Positions 1 through 10,051 of a stretch of DNA of 64,000 nt are shown here, in pieces. Source of the stretch: Octopus sinensis (taxonomy: Eukaryota); contig NC_043010.1 of NCBI RefSeq assembly GCF_006345805.1, forward strand, positions 65,162,001-65,226,000, written 5' to 3'. Numbering within the stretch: position 1 is the first letter of the stretch; every line of letters begins with the position of its first letter. The notes under the pieces were generated by a model. It was not told the origin of the DNA. It did not search any database and worked only from the letters and a program-made list of their open reading frames with translations. Position numbers and translations under genes: made by a program.

Positions 1-866
1 TTCGCCAAATAGCCCATGAAGTCAAGATTAGTACCGGATCTGTGGAAACTATCATTCATGACCATTTGCATATGCAAAAGGTGTCTGCCAGATGGATTCC
101 CAGGTTGCTCACACCTTTCCAGAAGCAAGAACGCGTCGAGTGCTCGAGGGTGAATTTGGAGATGTGCCAAGAAGATGAGTAAACATTTTTCAAAAGACTG
201 ATTACACAGGATGAAACCTGGGTCCATCACGATGATCCAGAGACCAAAGTCCAGTCAATGCAGTGGAAGCACCGTGACGCACCTCCTCCAAAGATGGCAA
301 GGGTGCAGCCCTCCGCTGGCATGGTCATGCTCACAGTCTTCTGGGACCAGGACGGAGTAGTGATGACAGATTTCTTGGCAAAGGGTACCACAATTGCAGG
401 AGCCTATTATACTTCACTTTTGAGGAAATTAAGAGAAGTTATCAAAATCAAGAGGCGGGGCAAGATCAGCAAAGGCATCCTCCTCCTGCAGGACAACGCT
501 CCGGTCCACAACTCGCTTGTCGCCAGATCAGAAGCACAGGTGTATGGCTATGAACTCCTCTCCCATTCCCCTACTTTCCTGACCTTGCACCCTCTGATTT
601 TCACTTCTTCCCAGTCATGAAGTTGTTTTTGAAAGGAAAGCGTTTCCCAGATGATGCAGCCTTGATTTCTGAAGTCACGTTCAGGTTGGAGGACCTAGCT
701 GGGGGTCTTCTACAAAAACGGTCCCCAGAGCTGCATCAAACAATGGAAGAAATGCGTAACTCTGGGTGGTTCCTATGTAGAAAAAGACTAATAACTGTGC
801 CAAGTTTCGTTGCTCTACTGCTATGGGAAGTGGGTCAGGGGCATTACTTATTGAACGCCCCTCGTA
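1..866 (+). mobile_element. Mariner (D,D34D) transposon, 3' part, pseudogenised
   Basis: Translation gives QKVSARWIPRLL, ITQDETWVHH, VMLTVFWDQDGV and LLQDNAPVHNS, with a stop and frameshifts. The 37-bp right terminal inverted repeat (TIR) aagtgggtcaggggcattacttattgaacgcccctcg is at 828-864, followed by TA. Same family as 61706-62948. Confidence 0.95.
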
Positions 867-1243
867 ATCCTACATCGAGCAAGTGTCTCCTATCAGAGCG
901 TCATGTTAGCCAGAGTGTACTCAGTGAAACTTTTATAGAAACACCCTCAGTGGGATCGCCTTGAATTGACTGACTCCGTTTTTAAACGTTTCGATACAGC
1001 TGTCTCTCCTACCCCACCTCACGGCCGTCAAGTACCTTTAGTAGAATCTTCATTCGGTTCAGGCGTGCGGTTTAAAGGTCGTTTAAAGTATTTTCTCTCA
1101 TCGGGGAGGAAAGGGAAAATGAGATTCGTGCGTTGTCCTTTCTGCATTCTGTTCGAGCTATGACAAAAATAATTTTAAAAAATATCTACCCTCAAAACAT
1201 TAGTATCGTTCACAAAATACTAGTTATTAACAATAGTTATCTA

Positions 1244-1309
<66 letters not shown>

Positions 1310-1595
1310 GTATATATAAAAGATGTCGTCCCGAAATTAAGGTAACCGAAATTTCGGGCTTTAATAAATATCAGTAGATGTAATAAGATATGAAAATTAT
1401 ATATTATAAAAGCTTAGTGTATCTTCTTTTCTCTTCAGACTAAATATATTCACATCTATAAACTAGGTAATGTCTGTAGACCAAAATACAAACATAACCC
1501 TCCGCAAAAGGGACGAAACTAATACATCTATAGCAAAAGGGCTTAAAATTAACCGAGGAACACTTTGGAAAATTGTGAAGAAATTTCAAGAGACT

Positions 1596-3320
1596 CAACA
1601 GGCGTATCGATTGAGGACCCTTATCAACAGAGTCAATTATTTGCCGAGGCTTTTTCAACTATTTTCAAACAAGATGATGGTCGTGAACCCCCTCCATTTG
1701 ATAGATCGGTACCTCCAATGCTTCGATTGATCATCACGCGGGACCAAGTCAAACGTGTTATTCAAGGCCTCGATGTCAACAAGGGTCACGGCCCTGACGG
1801 CATACACCCACGGGTTATCAAAGCGTTGGCTCCGGTCATCTGCGAGCCCTTAACACGACTATTCAATATGTCATTGGCGACGGTGTTATACCTGCAGACT
1901 GGAGAACAGCGATAATCTGCCCAATTTTCAAGAAAGGGAGCCGCGAAGACCCGCTTAACTACCGACCGGTTTCCCTTACATCAATAATCAGCAAGATGTT
2001 CGAAACCATCCTTAAGAAACGTATGATGCTCCACCTCCTAAGCACAGCCTCGATCACTGATTCCCAACACGGCTTCGTGCAGAAGAGATCATGCTTGACC
2101 AACTTACTAGTAATGGAAGAATTGGTGACGCGCATCCTCGATGATAGTGATGCTGTTGACATCGTTTTATTGGACTTTGCCAAAGCTTTTGACTCGGTAA
2201 ACCACCGCCTACTACTTGTCAAGCTTCAAGCATATAGTTTCCATCCGGATATTGTACGATGGGTTGGTGCCTTCCTCTCAGATCGCTCCTTCCAAGTTCA
2301 AGTTAATGGTTCGCGGTCCGACGTCTCCAGTGCGAGCAGTGGCGTGCCTCAAGGTTCAGTGCTTGGGCCCTTGTTGTTCTTAGTCTTCATAAATGACTTG
2401 CCCGACGACCTCACGCAACACACCCTTCTATTTTCCGACGATATCAAACTGGTCGCTCCTCGCGGTAGTATAGAGGATCTTCGTCGATGCCTCCACCAAA
2501 TTTGGAAGTGGTCTAACGATTGGGACCTGTGTCTGAACGTGTCAATGTGCTGTCATCTGCCTGTTGGCTCTACTCCTACAACTCAACTTGATTTCGAGCC
2601 GGGTCGTCTGCTGCTGGAGAGGACCGATCAGGTAAAGGACCTGGGTATCTTGGTGGATTCCTCCTTTTCGCCTTCGGCCCAGTGCGTCCATGCTGCCAAC
2701 AAAGCGCGCGGAATTCTGTTTTTGATTCGACGGTCATTCGGAGTGCTCACAGCAGCCATATTCCTGCCACTCTATGTCACGCTGGTGAGACCCATATTGG
2801 AGTATGGGATTCAAGCCTCTTCTCCTTATCTCCTCAAAGACATACAGCACCTCGAAAGAGTCCAGAGGCTGGCTACCCGCCTGGTTCATGGTCTCAAAAA
2901 TTTGTCCTACGGAGAAAGGCTGAGGACGCTCGACCTTTATTCTCTTGAAAAACGCCGCCGCCGTGGTGATCTCATTCTCGCCCACAACATCATAAGCGGG
3001 AAGTGTAACCTCTCGAAAGAGCTGTTCTTCACTCCTGCTCCGGAGCGTCGGCTGCGGGGTCATTCCGAAAAGCTCTACCTGCGACGATTTCATCTCGATC
3101 GAAGGAGAGGAGCTTTCTCCGTCCGGGTTGCGGATCCGTGGAACAAGCTGCCAGATGAGATGGTGAAGATGCCGACGACCGCTTTGTTCAAAGCCTCCCT
3201 GGACCTCAAGTGGCCTGAACTCTTTACATGAACACCACCCTGTACTTAACTCCATGTCCCCCTACATGGCCTTGCTATTTGCTTTTGAGCCAAATTAACT
3301 AACTAACTAACTAACTAACT
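1596..3320 (+). mobile_element. 5'-truncated CR1-group LINE with (TAAC)n tail
   Basis: Reverse transcriptase (RT) motifs GPDGIHP, FVQKRSCLTNLL, LDFAKAFDSVNH, GVPQGSVLGPLLF and FSDD; C-terminal LERVQRLATRL; (taac)n tail at ~3296-3320. Absent from the paralog (gagact|aaagg at 39886-39896). Confidence 0.93.
1996..3231 (+). pseudogene. LINE ORF2 reverse transcriptase fragment (411 aa); frameshifted relative to upstream piece 1565-1915
   Basis: Non-LTR RT motifs in the ORF track; the catalytic YADD motif reads FSDD. Confidence 0.85.
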
Positions 3321-3475
3321 AAAGGAATCCAACGTTAAACTAGCATCTGCTTGGCAACAGAAATAATACAAAATCACTTGGAAAAAAATAAAAGGTAAAC
3401 CCTTGCAGTAAGTTAAGTCAGATTAACAAACAAAACCGTTCATACCTATCTAACAACGGCAAATGTCAAGTCCTT

Positions 3476-3523
<48 letters not shown>

Positions 3524-4706
3524 TGATAGAAATGGTAAGACAACAAAAGAAAGAAAGAGACCTCTATATTATGTAAATACAGGAATTTATCTGTGAATGA
3601 AATATGTGACATGTATTCGGTAGCTATGATAAAACTCCGAGTTTTATCATGGCTGCCGAATAATTGCCAATGACTAAGAATTCTAGAAAATTAATAATTG
3701 TCTGAACAGAGTGATAGGCAACATACACTTAGGAGAAAGTGAAAGCGTGAAAGAGAAAAAAGAGAGGTTGTGTGCAAGAATGAAAGAGAGAGAAAAAGAG
3801 AAAGAGGGAGTGAAAGTGAGAGAGAGAAAGAAGAAGAAAACCTCCATAAAACAATGGTTCCCAAGCTGACAAATATCACACCTTTGCAAATAAGAAGTGA
3901 CATTTGTTATTGCCAAGGCCTTTACGATAGGCTTTACATCCCAAAATTGTTTCGTTCTTCCAAATTTAAAACTATATTAATTTCATTCGGCATGATTATT
4001 TGTCTGACCCCGTTCCAATCCTCAAACACACACACACAAGTTAAAATAACGTATAGTAAGTAAATGCAAAAACGTAAAACTGACACTGGATGGCAAGTTA
4101 AGAAACAGTAAATGCACAGGCGAACGGAAACAGACACAGAAGGTCCCCAACTCGTCATCAGTTATCGGCCAGAGTGTCAAACGCAATTTCGTGCCTGCTT
4201 TTGTATGATTGCATATAGAAGAATATAACAATTAATGAAATTCCAACCTAGTCTGATTTTCACGGTTTATTATTTGCAATATTATAATAATAGAATATTA
4301 TATATTTGTTGTGATAAAACTAGTACTTTCATGCGTTACGCAAACATCAGGTTTATTGAGTAGTTGTGACAGTCGTGTTCCACAATTGACAACTCTAGTG
4401 AAATTATTGAATTTGTCCTTTAAATACCTTCCGATTGGTTCTAGCAGGTTGAATCTTACAAACTGCATTTTGATTAATCAGTATGTAGCTTAGATGTCAT
4501 AGTTTGGTGAGCGCGCCAACTAAATTCTAACTGTATTTCGACCAATCAGTATTTGACTCAGATTTCATGGTTTGGTAACTTGGTTAGCATATGTCCCGCT
4601 TTTTACAACGAAATATTTTAACCAATTGGTGAGCGGGTTAGACGTCACGGCTTGGTGGGCACGTCGGGGTTATACGTCACGGCTTGATGGGCACTAATAG
4701 TGTTAA

Positions 4707-5603
4707 TAAAGAATACCAAACAAGTTCCCTATGGATATCGTATTTATTACAAGGGGCTTGTAAACATGTCTAACGAGCGAAAGCGAGTTAGACACGTTTA
4801 CAAGCCACGAATTGTAATAAAAACGGTATCCATAGGGAATGAGTTTGGTATTTTATTTATTACACACGAATAAACGACCATATTTTATTAATCCAATAAC
4901 TAAATTCTTCACATCGTGTTGAAGCGCGTATGAATACAGCTTGGTTGAAATTCAAGTTCATTATTGCTCTCATCAAAGAAATCGTCACGTAGAAGTTCGT
5001 TGTACACCTCATCAGGGATGTTAGATCTAGGGTTCGATGACAATCCACTCGTCGGTGACACTGTTTCAGGTACCTTTGTTAACCTGTATCCAGCAACATG
5101 TTGAACTTGGCCAGTATTGATCTTCACTTTGAACATTCTGTATGTTCCAAGAGGTTGAACAACAGATAACACTCTTCCCCCATCTTTACCATCAATTTTA
5201 ACAAAATCATTCACCTTGATATCGACAACAGTAGCCATCTTGTTGATAGATCTACCTGCACTGCAAGAGTATCGACGAGCAGACGAAATATGTTGTGATG
5301 TTTTTGGCAACAAAAAATTGAATTACCACCAGAAATGTTTATATTTTATGTGTATATGACTTTAAGTGATATCTGGTATAAAAAAGATAGTATGTTTGTT
5401 TAATTACATGGCTACATTCTACCTGCTCGTGAAAGTAATGAATGAAGTTTAGTTGTAATTTATGAATGACAAAAGTAGTGCCGTCACCGTGACCTCGGGT
5501 CATCACCATGGATTGACCAATCAGAAGCAGCGCTCGCAGTATCTGACATATGTTAGATACAAAAAATATCTCAAAGTGTTCTCACTCACATGTGTGTAAT
5601 AAA
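4707..5603 (-). mobile_element. ~900-bp non-autonomous element with long terminal hairpin and asymmetric 12-bp inverted repeats (Crypton-like or Helentron-like; class uncertain)
   Basis: Absent at the paralogous site gtgTTAActata (41242-41253). Imperfect ~150-bp hairpin at 4704-4860 with a GAAA loop at 4779-4782. Perfect 12-bp inverted repeat tttattacacac (4856-4867) / gtgtgtaataaa (5592-5603). TAATAAA at both ends. Confidence 0.7.
4909..5313 (-). CDS. Hypothetical 134-aa ORF inside the hairpin element, with a possible small beta-barrel (SH3/KOW/Tudor-like) segment
   Basis: Normal-complexity ORF containing MATVVDIKVNDFVKIDGKDGGRVLSVVQPLGTYRMFKVKINTGQVQHVAGYRLTKV followed by an acidic linker. 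The fold call is pattern-based only. Confidence 0.35.
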   Translation of the reverse strand: MLPKTSQHISSARRYSCSAGRSINKMATVVDIKVNDFVKIDGKDGGRVLSVVQPLGTYRMFKVKINTGQVQHVAGYRLTKVPETVSPTSGLSSNPRSNIPDEVYNELLRDDFFDESNNELEFQPSCIHTRFNTM

Positions 5604-6039
5604 CTATATAAATATTAACTTGACTGAACCTTGACCGCACCTAAAAACGAAATTTTACGTTTCAGTGAAGTTAATATTAATATAGTTAACACTATCAGCA
5701 TCGTCTCCGTCACCTTTATTATTGCTGCTGTTAGCGGTGGTTGTGGTGGGAGTAATAGTAGCAGCAGTAGTAGCAATTATCATTATCATGGCCATAATTA
5801 TTTCATGTTCTCTCGAAAGTTCACAAAATTCATACACACACACACTGCGTCTGTTATGTATGGATGTGTGTCTTCATATGTGCACCTGTGTGAAGTGAGG
5901 TATGTGTGTGTATATGGTCACGTGTTTCTGTCTTCATTTGCTGGAGTACGTGTGTATGTGTGCGTGTCTGTTCATATTACCTATGTACCTATCTATCTGT
6001 ATGTCGATCTGTTTACATTCATATCTATTTACCTACATA

Positions 6040-6048
6040 CATATATGC

Positions 6049-6079
<31 letters not shown>

Positions 6080-6592
6080 TGTATGTATGTATGTATGTAT
6101 GTATGTACGTATGTATGTATGTATGTATGTATGTACGTACGTACGTACGTATGTATGTATGTATGTTTGTCATTAATCAGTTTTATTTCAGGATTTCTTT
6201 CGAATAGAGAAACAGCCGGATTCCAACCTTGATTCAGAGCTTCCTTGGAATTTCAATATCAACAAGGTTGTGTGTGTATGTATGTATGTATGTATGTATG
6301 TGTGTATGTATGTGTGTATGTATGTATGTATGTATGTACGTATGTATGTATGTATGTGTGTATGTGTGTATGTGTTTATGTATGTATGTATGTATGTGTG
6401 TATGTATGTATGTGTATATGTATGCATGTATGTGTGTGTATGTATGTATGTATGTATGTATGTATGTATGTATATATGTATGTATGTATGTATGTGTGTG
6501 TGTGTGTGTGCATGTATCTGCATTGTTCTAACTTAAAGCCAAGGAACCGTCACTGGAATTTTAACATTACCAACGGGTTTTTTGCATGTATG

Positions 6593-6659
<67 letters not shown>

Positions 6660-6660
6660 A
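6040..6660. repeat. Compound (TATG)n/(TG)n/(TA)n microsatellites (paralog at 41695-42185)
   Basis: Directly visible; source of the MYVC/HTYI ORFs. Confidence 0.95.
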
Positions 6661-7319
6661 TATTTGCATGTATGTTCGTATGTGTGAATACGTGCAGATT
6701 TGTATATTTGGTTTTATGTATGTTTTCTCTTGCATATTGTTGCATATCTAGACATGTTCATATATATTTAAATGATAGACTTTTGGAAAGTTTTACAGAT
6801 ATTTAGAGTTCTAGTGACCGGTTGGATATGTAGTCTTCGAATTAGTCTTTTCTTTTTATATATATATATATATATATATATTTGTGTGTGTGTGTGTGTG
6901 TGTGTGCGCATGTATGTATGCGTGTGTATGTGTATAGATATACACACACACATATATATATATATGTATTTTATGTGTGTGTGCATGTATAGATACGGTA
7001 GTAGCGAATACTTAGCGAGTCAAAGTTAAGCACCGCATTTTGAGGATAGGTATATTCTGACTCAGTAATGGATAGACTATCTGTTTAATCTATCAATCAA
7101 TCTATCTATATTAAAGTTGTACACATACACATATACACACACACACACATAATGTACCCACACGCGCTCAACCGTTTGTACGTATACATTATACATGGAA
7201 AGTGAATTGAACAGTTGCCGTGTGTCCTTTAAATCGCTAAACTGGCTGTACACTGGAACGGCTACACATTCAAACAGATCAATCAGTGATGAGACTGGAA
7301 ATGATATTTATTTGAAGCT

Positions 7320-7770
7320 AAGGCGGTAGGCTGGCAGAAACCCTTACACGCCGGTCGAAATGCTTAGCAGTATTTCGTGTCTTTACTTTCTGAGTTCAAA
7401 TTCCACACAGATTGACTTTGCTTTTCCTCCTTTCGGGATCTATAAATTATGTGCTTATTGCGTACTGGAGTCAATCTAATCGACTGTCCCTCTCGCCTTA
7501 AATTCCGGTCCTTATGCCTAGACTATAAAAGAATATTTATTTCAAACTTTGGCACAAGGCCACCAAGTTCGGGTGAGGAGGGTTAAATCGATTACTTCTA
7601 CCACAATACTCAAGTGGTACTTGTTTTATTGACCACGAAAAGATAAAAGCAAACTGAAATTTGGGCGGAATTTGAACTTAGAATGGTAATGACGGGGGAA
7701 ATGCCGCTAAGCATTTTGCCTTGTGTGCCTTGTGTGCTAAGCATTTTGCCTTGTGTGCTCGCCGCCCTTA
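7320..7770. mobile_element. Pair of tRNA-derived SINEs (octopus-type), tail-to-tail
   Basis: A-box-like ggcggtaggctggcag and B-box-like gagttcaaattcc on +; a second copy on - ending in gccgccc. Mirrored at 8660-9090 and repeated at 43550-43970. Confidence 0.8.
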
Positions 7771-8659
7771 TGCAGGCACATAATAGTGGTAAAACTATTG
7801 AAAGATTATACTACTATATACTACTAGACTTGAATATCTGGGTAAGTGAGCGCTCTAAGTGTTTCTAAAGTATTGTGCTTTCCATATAAGTTACATTGAG
7901 TGACACTCCCTTCACCAATTGTCAAATGGCGATAGTAGTAACTCTGATGGCTTCCGATATACGTCGCTGCAGCCTATATTTATATTAGTAGATAATAATC
8001 GGAATGTTTTGGCCTTCTTTTCAGAACACTCCCCTCTTACTGTTGTTCGTGCAATCACCAAGCACACACACACACACGCACACAGGCGAGCACACACAAA
8101 CTCTCTCTCTCTCTCTCTCTGTTTCTCACACACGAGTCAAAGAGAGATCCTTTACACAATCGCATGTTTTTCAAGAAATTGCAGCATGCTCTCCTTGAAA
8201 CGAGAATCTATTTTTTCTAACAAGTAGGAAGAAGACCAGAAAATTTAATCTATTGTAACCTATGATTACTGAACATACGGGATGGGTATAACTGGAATTC
8301 CTTTCTTGATAGGTCATGTATACATATATACATACAGACAGACAGCAGACACACACATATATGCATGCAAACGCCAAATGCTTGATGCACAGAAGGTATC
8401 AACCAAATACCTGATGCACAAAAGGGATACAGATGCTGAGAAGACAATAAAATGTGACAATAGGCTGCAGCGACGTATATCGGAAGCCATCAGAGTTACT
8501 ACTATCTCCATTTGACAATTGGTGAAAGGGGTGTCACTCAATGTAACTTATATGGAAAGCACAATACTTTAGAAACACTTAGAGCGCTCACTTACCCAGA
8601 TATTCAAGTCTAGTAGTATATAGTAGTATAATCTTTCAATAGTTTTACCACTATTATGT

Positions 8660-9090
8660 GCCTGCATAAGGGCGGCGAGCACACAAGGCAAAATGCTTAG
8701 CGGCATTTCCCCCGTCATTACCATTCTAAGTTCAAATTCCGCCCAAAGTTCAGTTTGCGTTTATCTTTTCGTGGTCAATAAAACAAGTACCAGTTGAGAA
8801 TTATGGTAGAAGTAATCGATTTAACCTCCTCACCCGAACTTGGTGGCCTTGTGCCAAAGTTTGAAATAAATATTCTTTTATACTCTAGGCACAAGGACCG
8901 AAATTTGAGGTGAGAAGGCCAGTCGATTAGATTGACCCCAGTACGCAATAGGCACATAATTTATAGATCCCGAAAGGAGGAAAAGCAAAGTCAACCTGTG
9001 CGGAATTTGAACTCAGAACGTAAAGACGCGAAATACTGCTAAGCATTTCGCCCGGCGTGTAAGGGTTTCTGCCAGCCTACCGCCTTAGCT
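8660..9090. mobile_element. tRNA-derived SINE pair (mirror copy inside the inverted duplication)
   Basis: gggcggcgagc...taagttcaaattccgcc on +; ggaatttgaactc...cctaccgcctt on -. Confidence 0.8.
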
Positions 9091-9445
9091 TCAAATAAAT
9101 ATCATTTCCAGTCTCATCACTGATTGATCTGTTTGAATGTGTAGGCGTTCCAGTGTACAGCCAGTTTAGCGATTTAAAGGACACACGGCAACTGTTCAAT
9201 TCACTTTCCATGTATAATGTATACGTGCAAACGGTCGAGCGCGTGTGTGTGCATTATGTGTGTGTGTGTGTGTATGTGTATGTGTACAACTTTAATATAG
9301 ATAGATTGATTGATAGATTAAACAGATAGTCTATCCATTACTGAGTCAGAATATACCTATCCTCAAAATGCGGTGCTTAACTTTGACTCGCTAAGTATTC
9401 GCTACTACCGTATCTATACATGCACACACACACACACACACACAC

Positions 9446-9495
<50 letters not shown>

Positions 9496-9509
<14 letters not shown>

Positions 9510-10003
9510 TCTAGTTGTGTGAGTGTCTGTCCCCTTCGATTTAGATTCCTAACTACTCCCACATTTTGCGGTGCAGTTTAACCAAATTCGGGTATCTTAT
9601 AGTCGTGATTCATATCGAGCCCGTCTGAGTATTAGCGCGCGTCTACGATGAGTCTACGATTTAAAAAATAATTTAACATCATTTTTCATTCCATTTTAAT
9701 GCATAATTTTTCGTGTGTCGATGGCGGCGGAGTTGGCGTCCATGGTCACACCTGCACCTGTTTGCTTCTCCCCCTTCCCTCCCTCGTGAAGCTGTGGGGA
9801 AGGGAGTTTAAGGAAATCAACGTCGTAATGCGTTGTCAAGGAGACCAGCGTTCTTTTAGAACAACGACTTCATGGCTTGAAGACACCAAAACAGAAATGG
9901 CTAAGAAAGCCCGAATTGGCATCTATAAGGGAAGTAACTCTCTAAAAATGCTTATATAGTTATTTCCCTTACAAACCCGAGCAACGCCGGGCGATACTGC
10001 TAG
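9496..10003 (+). mobile_element. Non-autonomous Helitron
   Basis: 5' end (ta)n-aaaactctagttgtgtgagtgtctgtcc; 3' hairpin cccgagcaacgccggg (9976-9991), then CTAG at 10000-10003 followed by T. The exact 5' start is hidden in (TA)n. Confidence 0.8.
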
Positions 10004-10049
<46 letters not shown>

Positions 10050-10051
10050 TT

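Larger units (their letters stand above)
867..9505 (+). repeat. Segmental duplication block A, copy 1 (paralog at 39179-44510)
   Basis: Collinear identity starts at atcctacatcgagcaagtgtctcc (867 vs 39179) and continues through 6850/42375. The 8460-9480 segment matches 43345-44500. Roughly 95-97% identical by spot comparison, apart from insertions. Confidence 0.93.
6859..9505. repeat. Inverted duplication: arms ~6859-7977 and ~8460-9505, spacer ~480 bp
   Basis: For example, atagatacggtagtagcgaatac (~6989) is the reverse complement of ~9395-9418, and cgtcgctgcagcctat (7962-7977) is the reverse complement of 8460-8475. Confidence 0.92.

Noticed and set aside
2682-3255. Overlapping and antisense ORFs (2682+, 2734-, 1959-, and 12181- to 14649- in the second LINE)
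   Set aside because: Shadow frames of LINE ORF2.
6772-6850. MIDFWKVLQIFRV resembling the PTP DFW motif, a possible upstream PTP exon
   Set aside because: The paralog reads MINSWK, there are no suitable splice sites, and no other PTP motif is nearby.
5631-7029. ORFs rich in MYVC/CVCV/IYIY/HTHT, here and at 16686, 19562, 41276-42334, 44270, 50985 and 59901-60332
   Set aside because: They are translations of (TATG)n, (TG)n and (TA)n microsatellites that lack stop codons; no coding signal.
7320-9090. A/B-box sequences as possible tRNA genes
   Set aside because: No complete cloverleaf; they continue into SINE bodies repeated many times in the window.
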